Origin: Tetramitus jugosus
Lineage: Eukaryota; Protista; Heterolobosea
Length of the DNA: 64,000 nucleotides
Assembly: GCA_937625935.1 (NCBI GenBank)
Contig: OW569384.1
Span: 186,001-250,000, forward strand
Direction: 5' to 3'
Of the stretch, positions 11,801-22,309 are shown in pieces. The notes beneath the pieces were generated by a model. It was not told where the DNA came from, ran no database searches, and saw only the letters and a list, made by a program, of their open reading frames with translations. Position 1 is the first letter of the stretch. Every line of letters starts with the position of its first letter. Both the position numbers and the translations under genes were made by a program.

Positions 11801-14281
11801 TTGGAACAAGTCGTCATTGAGTATGACTCTCCTCCAAGTAAGATCGTGTTGAGAACTGAGGCCAACAAGCAATTGGTGTTGAATATTAATGCTATTATTG
11901 CTAGATTGAACAATGATAACGCCTTGACCCAATCTATGAGTGACAACAGCGCCCAGGATCATAATCAAATGAGACAAGAAGATATCCCTGGATCTATTCT
12001 TAATATGTGTTTCTTGAATCTTGAATCACGATTCTCAAAGACTAGAAGTGAAGCATACAACTTGCTCGCCGCTCTCTCGGAACAATTCGAACTGCCTATT
12101 ACAATGTTTGAAGCAGATAACATGTGTGTTCCTCACAATACAAGTGACCTTGTGGTTGCCTTGTCCGAGCAGGTTGCACGTGCAAAGCCAATTTTCACTG
12201 CTACATTCCTTAGCGAGAGTTTGAGAGGTTTCAACAAGGTTTCATTGCCTTACAAGTTCTTGTGTCTAAAGTACATGAAGCCATGGATCTCAAACCTGAC
12301 TCCTGCATACGAGTTGGCAAAGAAGAATGGCGACACCACCATGGTCGAAAGAATTATTGGATGGTTCCCAGAGTTGACTAACTCTACTGTGATGTTCCAT
12401 GACGTCTGTCCAGCTATTCTCAGTGATATTTGGGGAGAGATCAGCAAGGATGCCACATTGGTTCGCATTGCCGTCGACTGTATCTTGGAGGCTTCAATCA
12501 AGGCCGGTGTTGGTACAACTGACAGTGAAACACTGAACGATTTGATCGTTACATTGGCCAGTTGCAATTGTGCAGATCTCGTGGTTGATAACATTATCGA
12601 CTATACTCTGAACACTATCAACACGGAAATTGTTGATGCTGATGAACCTTTGGAGAAGAATGGACCATGGATGAAGATTATTCATTGCTGCAGATTCATG
12701 CTCATGTTGTCTTTCCAGAACAGAATCAACGTCATTGACAACGCACCAGCTATTTTCTACATCATTTCCCTGACCATTGGTCGTGGATCCAACTTTGTTA
12801 GATCTACCATGCACGCATTGACCCTCAATGTTGTTCACTCTCTTGCTACTGCCTTGAAATTCAACAGAGAACAAAAGAAGTTGATGGCATCTCATTTGGA
12901 CACCTTGACCAGTCCGCAGTTCAAGTCCATGTTCTTGGGCAGCTCTCAAGAATCTGATCCATTCTCTACCAAGACCTACTCAAGCCAAGGCAAGACTGAA
13001 CCAACAATGAAGATTGGAAATGTAGAAGTCCTCACTCACTACTTCATTGAAGTTATGAAGACTTGCTCATCTGTTAACTCCGATGTCGCAAGATGGCCAA
13101 TCGAGTTGTCCGCCCTCTACAAGTCACAGAGTGTGCTATTCAGTCCAATTATGCTGCCAAGACTTTTGATTGCTTATGGTGTGCTTATCAAGCCAGGTCA
13201 AGAAGCTCAAGATACATTGAACTTTGTGATGGAATGTTTGCTTGACAGCTTTGGCAAGTACTCACCGCACAGAAATGATTTGGCAATTGCTTCTCTGTTG
13301 TGCCTGCGCCAATACTGCTTCAAGTTGTCACCTGATGATCCAGTGTTGAAGAAGGTACTGGTCATCCCAATTATTCTCTTGGCTGCAGCCGATCCAGTCT
13401 TGTTCCCAGATGTGATTCGCGTGTTGGATAACGCCATTACTGCCATCAGTGAATCAAAGACATTCAAAGAATGTACTAGTATGGGACAATACTTCAATCT
13501 GCACTGCAGAGATGAGAAGACTGACCTAATCATCACCAGATTCGAAAAGATTTCTGGTATTAGCTTCAAGGCTAATTTCTCATTCGCTCTCTTGACACTG
13601 TTGATCAAGGGCTTGACCATTGAATCAACCAAGAGATGCACAACTGAGATTTGCTCGACTCTCGTTGCCATCAGTACCAAGTTGTCCAACAACGTGTCTG
13701 AGATTCTTGGTTTCTTGTGTGCCTTGATCCCTGAACGCTATGAGGACATCTCCAAGTTGATGGGTGTTGAGAATTACAATATGTTGACTGAGGACAACTT
13801 TGCTCACCCATACAGTGCTCTATTGTTTGTCCGATGTCTGTTGACTGTTGCTCAGAACATGCAAGATGAGACCAGTTCTCCTCTCGCCGATCGCCCTGAA
13901 GCATCCATCTACAAGACACTGAGAGAGGCATTCAAGAGAGTTCCAGAAGTGTTTGAGCCATTCTACCCAGACTTCATGCCTCGTGTCGTCCAGGTGTACA
14001 CTCAAACATCTAGTTCTCAAATTGCCGAAGTATCACTCGCTCTTATCAACACCATGATGACTGAGACTGGTGAAGCGTTCTCCGTCAAGGACAACCTCGA
14101 CAGATTGAAGGACATTTCCTTCACTGGTATCAACAGAGCTGGTTCCTTCAGAATGATCAGTGACCAGACAAGAACCGAGTGCTTCACCATGTTGATCGAC
14201 TTTGTCAAGAGCTCTTTCGATGTCTCTGAAAAGAAACAACCACCAAAGAAGGCCCAAGAAGTCGCTTCTCCTTCCAAATAA
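5880..14281 (+). CDS. NF1: Neurofibromin (NF1-type RasGAP with Sec14/CRAL-TRIO and PH-like modules); exons 5880-5948 and 6131-14281
   Basis: The phase-0 intron 5949-6130 (GTAAGT...TAG) joins MSSPQDKVIDDLIAGLIRITTSL to the 2701-aa ORF. NF1-like N-terminus (LIKLSKYKL), GAP arginine finger TLFRANS, FLRFLNPAIVAP, KLVQNIAN, Sec14-like KPFEILVDCT, and GSILNMCFLNL...RSEAYNLL. Confidence 0.93.
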
Positions 14282-14385
14282 ATTACAAATACAAATCAAG
14301 AACAATTCATAATCTCAACCCCCTTTTGCCAGCTAAAACCAAAACAGAGAAAAACAACTAGATCAAAACACACATCGCACAAGAA

Positions 14386-15279
14386 ATGACTCAATCAACA
14401 CCGACAACAACACCAGTACCCGCAGTCAACAAACAACAACAACAACAAAAAAAAGACGAAGAAATCACAATGATACAAAGTGCCATTGACTATTCCCTCT
14501 CCATGGCTTCATCATGTCACATGATGAAATGTATGTTGTCCGATCTGGTCACCATGTGTAACAACAACAACAACCACAATAAGCATCATGATGATGACGA
14601 ACATCTGCAACATCACATCTCACTACGTAAAAGAACACGTCAAACAGATGATCATCATCACAATAATGAAGATGATGATGGACATGATGATGCTCACCAA
14701 GTCAAAAGATCAAAAACTGTTTTTTCTTCTCCCAAGCGCAACATTGATTTAAATGCGACTGATAATGACGAAGAAGAGGAAGAAACAGAAACGGAAACAG
14801 AAGAAGAATACAATCAACAACTAGAAACCAGTACAACAACAGATGAAGATGAAGAAGATGAAAGATTTGAAGATGGAGAAGGTGTTGAAAAAAGCAAACT
14901 TGATGAGAACTATCCGCCAATCTTGGCGACAAGTGCTTTATCAAAATCTGTGCTTGGATCGATTCAATCCGCCAAAATTGATCCACGCGCGGTCATTGTC
15001 TGGGAAAGCGCGCCATTTCTTATCCGACAAGACATTTTACAGGTGACCAAACATCCTGATGCTGTTGGAGGCAAATTTTTGAAATTGTTCAAGCAGGAAA
15101 ATGAGGGAAAAGAGCCGTTTATACTTGTGACCAAGGAACACTTGCCAGAGCTAAAGAAACAGCAACCAAAGCTCAATGGACATCACTTTAGCTTCAAGGG
15201 AGGCAATACCGTTCATGCACTCAAGTTGTTTACACTGGATTATGTACTGTGGTTACAAAACTACTTGAAGAGTCATTGA
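14386..15279 (+). CDS. Hypothetical protein: acidic/low-complexity N-terminus, basic NLS-like motifs, C-terminal ~100-aa globular domain (possibly DNA-binding)
   Basis: 297-aa ORF after an A/C-rich leader. RKRTR and KRSK motifs, E/D tracts, ordered C-terminus. Confidence 0.7.
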   Translation: MTQSTPTTTPVPAVNKQQQQQKKDEEITMIQSAIDYSLSMASSCHMMKCMLSDLVTMCNNNNNHNKHHDDDEHLQHHISLRKRTRQTDDHHHNNEDDDGHDDAHQVKRSKTVFSSPKRNIDLNATDNDEEEEETETETEEEYNQQLETSTTTDEDEEDERFEDGEGVEKSKLDENYPPILATSALSKSVLGSIQSAKIDPRAVIVWESAPFLIRQDILQVTKHPDAVGGKFLKLFKQENEGKEPFILVTKEHLPELKKQQPKLNGHHFSFKGGNTVHALKLFTLDYVLWLQNYLKSH

Positions 15280-15539
15280 TGTAGTAGTGTAGTAGTTTCA
15301 CGCATAGAAGTTCTCATAGTCTTTAGGATAAAAGGCTGTTCAGAATACCATCATCTCCACACATGGTATTGGTGTTGTATTCGCGCGTAAATTCACCAAA
15401 CTCGTGTTCAATTAGCCGCCTGTCATGAAAAGTGATCAGCAAAAAAAGAACTTGCGGGGATCTTGGACAAGCTCAAACAACAAAAAATCAAAACACAAAA
15501 CAAAGATCAAAGAAAGGCAGACAATAGTGATAGTGTAAT

Positions 15540-16040
15540 ATGATCCTATCAAAGGCCGCATTCGGAGCAGGATGCTTCTGGGGAACTGAAAAATTCTTTC
15601 GTAGACAATTTGGTGCTGCACTCAAGACCACTTCTGTAGGGTACATGGGCGGAAATGAGTCAGCTGATGGAACTCCACCATCGTATGCACGGGTCTGTTC
15701 GGGCAGGACTGGTCATGCCGAAGTCCTTTTTATGGAATATGATCCCAACGAGGTCAAATATGAAGACTTGGTTCGATTCTTTTATCGTATGCATGATCCA
15801 ACGACATTGAATCGACAGGGTAACGATAAAGGTACACAGTATCGATCTGTCATCTTTTATTTCACACCAGAGCAGAAGCAGTTGGCAGAACAGGTGACAC
15901 AACAAGTTCAAGGTCAATTCAAGAGCCCTATTGTCACTAGTTTTGAGCCGGCAGGTACCTATTTCAAGGCAGAAGACGATCATCAGCTCTATCTGGACAA
16001 GAACCCAAATGGCTACTGCAATCATCGATTAAGATGGTAG
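15540..16040 (+). CDS. msrA: Peptide methionine sulfoxide reductase A
   Basis: GAGCFWG active site, VCSGRTGHAE, HDPTTLNRQGNDKGTQYRS, AEDDHQLYL...GYC. Confidence 0.96.
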   Translation: MILSKAAFGAGCFWGTEKFFRRQFGAALKTTSVGYMGGNESADGTPPSYARVCSGRTGHAEVLFMEYDPNEVKYEDLVRFFYRMHDPTTLNRQGNDKGTQYRSVIFYFTPEQKQLAEQVTQQVQGQFKSPIVTSFEPAGTYFKAEDDHQLYLDKNPNGYCNHRLRW

Positions 16041-16268
16041 AATAAATTTGAACAAGCAGTGATTGTATTTTAGAATAATTTACAGTTGGTTTGATGAAGA
16101 CAAAATGTGTAGCGACTAACCAGTGGTTGCACTTCGTGCATTGTGGCCTATTATACAATGTATGTACAGTACATGATGAGCAACGAGTTTCAAATCAGGG
16201 AATAACATTCGAATCCCACAACTTCTTTGCTCGTGACACTTCAATCTGTGTGAACAGTCAAAGTGATC

Positions 16269-16889
16269 CTACTTGTGGGAAAAGAGAGCAAACAAACAGC
16301 CACTCGATATCTTCCTTTGTGTTCGATAGATCTCATTGGGATGTATCTTTGCATATTCAAAAGAGGACTGAACAGCATTCCTTATTATGCTTTCGACCAG
16401 ATGTGTGTACTGAGTTCTCAAAGTGTTATTGATCTTCTGTTCACAAAACTCCAGATAAAACATCTTTTCCTCTGACACTGGTCTCCTTGACATCTCCTCC
16501 TGGAACACCTTCTCAACAATGATGGCAATTTCACTCCGACCACGAACCACACATCTCGAGGGCCTACATAGAATGTTGGCAGGTACGACCGAAGTGCTTG
16601 AGTTTACTCTACGTCTGTGCAATTTCTCATTAGTCTTTAGAGCTAAAATTCTATAGTCAATCAAGGGTTCTGATGGCATCCGAAGAGATTGAACAGTGCT
16701 TGGCCGATCAAGAATCTTGAAGCAATACTCGTCTGGTGTTGTCGGTTGTTCCGTGCCTTGTGGCTCCTTGGTTGATACAGCCCAATAGTTTTCCCAATGA
16801 TCGTCCTTCATTTTTAGGAAAGGAGTAAAGGCTGGTGCTTCAGACATCACTTGCCTGGATCTCTTGGTTGATGTAGCTACAATTCTCAT
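16269..16889 (-). CDS. Hypothetical protein
   Basis: 206-aa ATG-initiated ORF filling the gap between msrA and the RING gene. No recognisable motif. Confidence 0.35.
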   Translation of the reverse strand: MRIVATSTKRSRQVMSEAPAFTPFLKMKDDHWENYWAVSTKEPQGTEQPTTPDEYCFKILDRPSTVQSLRMPSEPLIDYRILALKTNEKLHRRRVNSSTSVVPANILCRPSRCVVRGRSEIAIIVEKVFQEEMSRRPVSEEKMFYLEFCEQKINNTLRTQYTHLVESIIRNAVQSSFEYAKIHPNEIYRTQRKISSGCLFALFSHK

Positions 16890-17423
16890 TGTTTCAGGTT
16901 CTTCGATTGAGCTCGGTCAGACAGGGAGACACTGCTATTGAAGTCGAATCGACAAATGTGTGATGAAGACACTCGTTTAATAGCTCGTTCTATGGAATCG
17001 AAGGGCAACTTCCCGTTTCAGATTCTTCTTTTCGAATTGGGATATTTCTCTTTGTGCAGAGTGGGAACCTGAGCAGAGTAAGTACTTTTACGTAAAGTGC
17101 ACCACTACTATCTAATGTCTGTCTATCTAATGTGTTATTGTTGTTATTGCGTTCCTCTTTCTGTGCACTTGGTTGTACAGCGTTCAATTTCTTCTTCAGA
17201 GATTGTACAGTCGGGGAATTCGCTGGCAAAGTTTACGGTCGCTCTTTCGTCAGGCCAAGGCCCCATCTTTGGTGGACACTTCAATCCAATTTGGACAGCG
17301 AACTCTGTTTGGGAATTGACTCTCAAGCAACTCTATCTGTGGCTTGTACTCTTGTTCCTTCATTATTGATTGAAACTCATCATTCAACTCAAAAAACAAA
17401 CAAACAAAAACCCACTTGTTGTT

Positions 17424-18419
17424 TTAAAAGTAAATGGTTTGAGCTTTTCGATAGGTATCTCTACACTTTGGACATCGACCACCCGTTGTGTTTCGAATAC
17501 AGTGAGAACAAAACACGTGACCACAAGGATCCAATCTCGTATCTCTCTCGTGCTCAAAGCATATATCACACATGCTAATGTTTTGCACTTTTTGAGACAT
17601 GACACTCATCACACGTTGCTGTAGCTCTGACATTCTCGTGTGCATCTGCTCCAACCGCTCAAAGCTAATTTGATCCATGGAGCTGCTTGTGAGCATGGAA
17701 GCCAATTGATCCATAGCATTGGACTGCACTTCACTGCTGCTTGTGCTTGCCTGCAGTTCTCTCACTTTTTTCTCCAATTGTTCATTGGCACTGCGCAATT
17801 CATTGACCTTGTTCTCTAGTTGTTCTCTGTTGCGCTTCTCTTGAGTGTACGCCGTTTCCAGTGATTGAACACTGACTTCCAACAATTGAACTCGTTCGTT
17901 CCTGGACATGAGTTGACCATTGAGCATGTGTATCGTGTTCTTTTGTTGTGTCAATTGATTCATGTATTGTTGTTGCTGCAGTGACAAAGGTCCACTTGTC
18001 GCTGCTGCTGTTGTCGTTGTCATCATTGTTGTTGTTGTGGATGCAGGAATTGTAAATTGTAAACTATTGTTGTTGCTATTGTTTTGTGTTGTAGTGTTGT
18101 GAATCATCATACCAGGCAATGATGAAGAAGCTGAAGTGACTAATGGTGGTGGTGTTGTTGCACTACTGGCACGAGTAGCAACAACAGATTCAGATCTACT
18201 AGGCAGTGGTGGAGCAACACTATTGTTGTTCGTATTCACTTGAGTCATGCTAGTCGTCGGATTATTGTGAAAACCATCGAACCGAAAAGAGAAATCACTA
18301 TTGTTGTTGTTGATATTGTTGATGTTTGTTGTGGAGGAGGGTTTCGCAGGTCTTCTTGGTTTATAACGTCTCGTTGTTGCGATAGCTGAGTGGTTGTGAC
18401 TCGAATCGTCGTCACTCAT
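17424..18419 (-). CDS. Coiled-coil protein with C-terminal C3HC4 RING (putative E3 ligase)
   Basis: CDICFEHERDTRLDPCGHVFCSHC...CPKC at the extreme C-terminus, preceded by a heptad coiled coil. First ATG at 18419. Confidence 0.88.
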   Translation of the reverse strand: MSDDDSSHNHSAIATTRRYKPRRPAKPSSTTNINNINNNNSDFSFRFDGFHNNPTTSMTQVNTNNNSVAPPLPSRSESVVATRASSATTPPPLVTSASSSLPGMMIHNTTTQNNSNNNSLQFTIPASTTTTMMTTTTAAATSGPLSLQQQQYMNQLTQQKNTIHMLNGQLMSRNERVQLLEVSVQSLETAYTQEKRNREQLENKVNELRSANEQLEKKVRELQASTSSSEVQSNAMDQLASMLTSSSMDQISFERLEQMHTRMSELQQRVMSVMSQKVQNISMCDICFEHERDTRLDPCGHVFCSHCIRNTTGGRCPKCRDTYRKAQTIYF

Positions 18420-18640
18420 GTTTGCTGTAGTTGGAATGGGAGTGGTGGCCAGATCACAACAGAATAGCAATCAAATACTGTTTTTTTGAATAAGAGTCTT
18501 TTTGGAGGTTTGGTTCAACAACGAACAACTAAAGACAAGAATTCAAGTCGACCAGTGAATCCCCGAAAAAAGGATTTTTGGCGGCAAGCCAGAACCCATA
18601 AAACTCCTTTGAACATCTTACTCCGAAAAAAGCAGAAAAC

Positions 18641-21580
18641 ATGTCCTCCCTGTTGTTGAGCAATAGCAATGCGACTGCTCTGTTGGCGGACATTCAATCA
18701 ATCAAGAATGGCACAACCAAAGATATTCGAAATTATGTCACTCAAGGAGGCATATTCTTTGTCTTGACTGTTGACTCGATTGTTTTTCTGATTGGAATCG
18801 TGTTGTTCCTTGTTTGTTGGAAGAGAACAGCTCTCTATCAAAAGACAGAGTCTGACAGGTTGATCAGTGATGTTGAAAATGCAATTGATAGTGATCATGA
18901 AGACGACGATGAAAATGAAGATGAAGGAGCAGAGGAGCTCATTGTAAACAATGAACGAATCAAATTGCCTGAAGAAGAAGACTCACAGCAGTATCATCAT
19001 GATGATGGCTATACTGTGAAGAGTGAGACGGATGATGATGATGATTCTTTGAATCATTATTCAGTGAATAATAGCAAAATTATTTTATTGAATGACGAGG
19101 ATGAAGGTGATGGCAATAGTGAGCATGCGACTCAAAAGAGGATTGCAAAACGAAGAGGAGCCAATCGTTCATCGTCCAATGGTGGATTCATGAGTCGTGC
19201 GATTGCCATTCGGGAACGATTTGTGCAGTGGATGTTCAAAGTGAGAGAATATGAGATTTTTGCGAACAAGTATGGACACGAAGTTGCTATCTACCTCTAT
19301 TTTTCAAAGCAAATGTTTTTGGCGCTGTTGTTGTGCACATTTTTGGGTCTATCAGTTCTATTGCCCATCCATTTGACAGGTACGGTGCCTGAAACGAAGT
19401 TGGAGGGACAAGAGTATGGAAATTGGAAGTTTAGCAAGAATGATTACTTTTTGTTGAGAACGACAGTGAGTATGGTCAATTCGGAACCAAACAAACTCTA
19501 TGCTCACTTGGTGCTGACTATAGTGTTTGTCTTTGTCATACTGGCCTTTTTGCGCCGCTTCACCTCTTCGTTCATAAGGAACTTTATCCATGCTCCATCA
19601 TCGTCGTCGTCATCCAAGTCGATGCTACTCAAAGGAGCTGCCAAGAAAGTTCTGATTAGTAATTATTCTGTGCAATTGTACAATCTACCGACTTCATTGG
19701 TCGATAACAAGATTGTGAAGCAAGCAGTAGAGGAAGTCTATCCTAATTCAGTTTACAGTGCCCGTATCGTGCTTGATATGACAAAACGTATTGAATTACA
19801 AGCCAAACTCGATAATGCAAATCAAATGATTGATCATTATACTGCAAAGAAGCGAAATAGAAACAACAGGGACGCTACAGTGTTGCTCTGTTTGGGAGCG
19901 CCTGCTACTGAGGGATGTTGTGGCACTGGTGTCAATGCTATCTCATACTGGGAGGCAAAGAGAGATCACTATCAGCAAAAGATTGCTCAGTGGGAGAATA
20001 GTTTTAAGGCCAAGCCCAGAAGTACAGGCCATGCCCATGTGATATTCAAGACGCGTGCTGCATCAGCTGTCTGCCAGAAGGAAGCCGACGAAGGAAATTC
20101 TCTGTTTAGAACCAAACATGTGGATTTTCGTGTGAGACGAGCACCTGAGCCTGATGATTTGAAATGGAAGAACTTTGGTGCTGGATTCAAGCAGAGATCA
20201 GTGAGAATGATTGGAGTGTATATCGTGTTGATATTCTTCCTCTTTTTCTTCACAAGTCCACTCAGTATTGTGTCCACAATTCAGAGTTTTGCATCACAAG
20301 TGCCCTATTTTGCCAAAACAACCCAGAAGATTCAACAACTCACTGGTTATGTTGGTGATCTACTGTTCCAGTATCTCCCAACACTGTTGCTGTTCATTTT
20401 CTCATTGGTGATCCCCATATTTATACCAATGCTAACGAAAGCAGAATTGTACAGGTTGCACTCTACAGAGTCTCGAGTGAAAATGCTGCGATTATTCATT
20501 TATTTGCTTCTATCGACACTCATTCTCCCAAGCTTGTTGCTCACTTCTCTCGATGGTGTACTCAACTATTTACAGAAGGACAATATTTCCAATGCCCTCC
20601 AGAATCTGTTTTTGCCTGGTAGTGGTGCCTTCTTCCTGAACTATGCAGTCCAATACTTTTTGTTGGGTGATTTTATTGATTTGCTCAGGTTGAGAGATTT
20701 TGCTCTATATTGGATAAGAAGATGGAACGCGGAGACGCAAAAGGAGAAGCAAGAGGCATTGCAAGTCGGTGACTTTGACCTTGCGGTCGAATATGCCTAT
20801 TTGATCTCGTTCTTTGGTATTATTCTATGCTACAGTGTCTTTTCTCCATTCATGTTGTTGGTTGGAGTGCTCTACTTCTTGTCCAAGTACACGATCGACA
20901 GACACAATATCACAAGGCTGTGCAACAAGAATGACAAGGCTCAGTACAAATTGACTCGAGACTTAATTGCTTACACACAAAAGACAAAGTTGATTGCCCA
21001 ACTAGTGATGATTAATGTGATTGTGTTTGAAGTGATGATGTTGCTGTTTTTCGCAAAAGGAGGCAAGGATCTATACTTCCACTTGATCACCATGATCATC
21101 TTTATGGCAGCTACGGTTGTATACTGTATCAATTGGACCATTGGATTCGACAGTGCTGTTCTAGAGCGTGAAATGGCAAGGAGAACCGCTGATTTGGTTC
21201 GAGATGATTCAGTCGATGAAGATTCCATTCTATTGTCTCAATACTGTGAAGCACAACCTGATGTGTACTTTAGTCCTTATAGTCTTGGCTTGTTTGAAGC
21301 ACTACAGACTCAATGCAGAGACGAGGTACTCAGAGCTGGTTCTTCTTTTGAATCGGATGATCTCATTATCAACGCTGTGATTGTCTCAAACGACGAAAAC
21401 AACGTTGCGGATTCAGTGTATCATCAGTCAGTTGTTCTTAAGGACAGCAATAACCAACAACAACAATTGGATAAGTTAGAAGAAACTGTGATGTCATCAG
21501 AGTTGTCTGCAGCAGAAGATGTCCACTCTTCTGTGGAGAGTGATCTTGACCAACAGCTCATGTACCATAATTCAGCATAA
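18641..21580 (+). CDS. OSCA/TMEM63/CSC1-family mechanosensitive cation channel
   Basis: N-terminal TM, GHEVAIYLYF, YSVQLYNLP, GHAHVIFK, RAPEPDDLKWKN, then a multi-TM C-terminal region with FLSKYTIDRHN. Confidence 0.9.
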   Translation: MSSLLLSNSNATALLADIQSIKNGTTKDIRNYVTQGGIFFVLTVDSIVFLIGIVLFLVCWKRTALYQKTESDRLISDVENAIDSDHEDDDENEDEGAEELIVNNERIKLPEEEDSQQYHHDDGYTVKSETDDDDDSLNHYSVNNSKIILLNDEDEGDGNSEHATQKRIAKRRGANRSSSNGGFMSRAIAIRERFVQWMFKVREYEIFANKYGHEVAIYLYFSKQMFLALLLCTFLGLSVLLPIHLTGTVPETKLEGQEYGNWKFSKNDYFLLRTTVSMVNSEPNKLYAHLVLTIVFVFVILAFLRRFTSSFIRNFIHAPSSSSSSKSMLLKGAAKKVLISNYSVQLYNLPTSLVDNKIVKQAVEEVYPNSVYSARIVLDMTKRIELQAKLDNANQMIDHYTAKKRNRNNRDATVLLCLGAPATEGCCGTGVNAISYWEAKRDHYQQKIAQWENSFKAKPRSTGHAHVIFKTRAASAVCQKEADEGNSLFRTKHVDFRVRRAPEPDDLKWKNFGAGFKQRSVRMIGVYIVLIFFLFFFTSPLSIVSTIQSFASQVPYFAKTTQKIQQLTGYVGDLLFQYLPTLLLFIFSLVIPIFIPMLTKAELYRLHSTESRVKMLRLFIYLLLSTLILPSLLLTSLDGVLNYLQKDNISNALQNLFLPGSGAFFLNYAVQYFLLGDFIDLLRLRDFALYWIRRWNAETQKEKQEALQVGDFDLAVEYAYLISFFGIILCYSVFSPFMLLVGVLYFLSKYTIDRHNITRLCNKNDKAQYKLTRDLIAYTQKTKLIAQLVMINVIVFEVMMLLFFAKGGKDLYFHLITMIIFMAATVVYCINWTIGFDSAVLEREMARRTADLVRDDSVDEDSILLSQYCEAQPDVYFSPYSLGLFEALQTQCRDEVLRAGSSFESDDLIINAVIVSNDENNVADSVYHQSVVLKDSNNQQQQLDKLEETVMSSELSAAEDVHSSVESDLDQQLMYHNSA

Positions 21581-21662
21581 ATTTTTTTGATCCACTTTAT
21601 CGAAATGATAGGTTTTTTATCAGGTTATGGGAATGATAATTGAAAAAGAGAAAAGGAGCTGT

Positions 21663-21899
21663 TCAAGTTTCTTCGCCGCAACTACTTGACTCATTGCTCG
21701 TTGGAGTAACAATCGATCTCTTGCTGCTCTTTCTCTTTTGGAGGTTGTTTGGCGAGTTGGTTTTGGGTTCTTTCGCTGGAAGCTTCAGCTGTGGTATTGC
21801 AGGATTTAGATTGATGACACCTTGTAACCAAAGACCGTAATAGCACAACAACCCACAAGCCAAAACCAACAACAAAACAGCCATCAGGAATTCCATCAT
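21663..21899 (-). CDS. Small single-pass membrane protein (hypothetical)
   Basis: MMEFLMAVLLLVLACGLLCYYGLWL hydrophobic segment plus a basic/Ser tail, after an A/C-rich leader. Confidence 0.45.
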   Translation of the reverse strand: MMEFLMAVLLLVLACGLLCYYGLWLQGVINLNPAIPQLKLPAKEPKTNSPNNLQKRKSSKRSIVTPTSNESSSCGEET

Positions 21900-22309
21900 G
21901 ATGATAAAATTTTTTGTTGGATTGGATGTTGTAATAACTGTGGTTGACAACTGAAACAACAGGTGTAAATGGGGCAGTAAGTAGTTCTCCTTTGATTATC
22001 AACACCTCCTTGAATATCACCGCTCTCTGTTTATCTTCTTTGCTCACAGCGTTGCGACTTTGTCAGAGTGTGTGGGATGTTGAAAGGTTCGATGTTCTGA
22101 GCGTCCTTCGCCAAATATGGCCAATTTATCGTGCATGTAAAATTGAATAACCGAAGGCAGGCGAACTGGTCTAATAGCAGAGAATAGTAATGGGAGAGTG
22201 CGCATTAGACAAGTTGCTCGCAGATAGATAAAAATAAATAAATGGATACATCAATCAAGCAGAAACTAAATTAATGCATTTTATCCTTCGTGACACAACA
22301 ATATAAATG

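Noticed and set aside
6403-14305. Numerous antisense and alternative-frame ORFs over NF1 (likewise over ZPR1, HPPD, ABCF)
   Set aside because: Shadows of biased codon usage in long real genes; no motifs.
16890-17400. Several short minus-strand ORFs ending in TGA: possible recoding or a fragmented gene
   Set aside because: No recognisable protein emerges on readthrough or splicing. TGA is used as a normal stop by clear genes here (e.g. PP2C, THOC5, TRIM).
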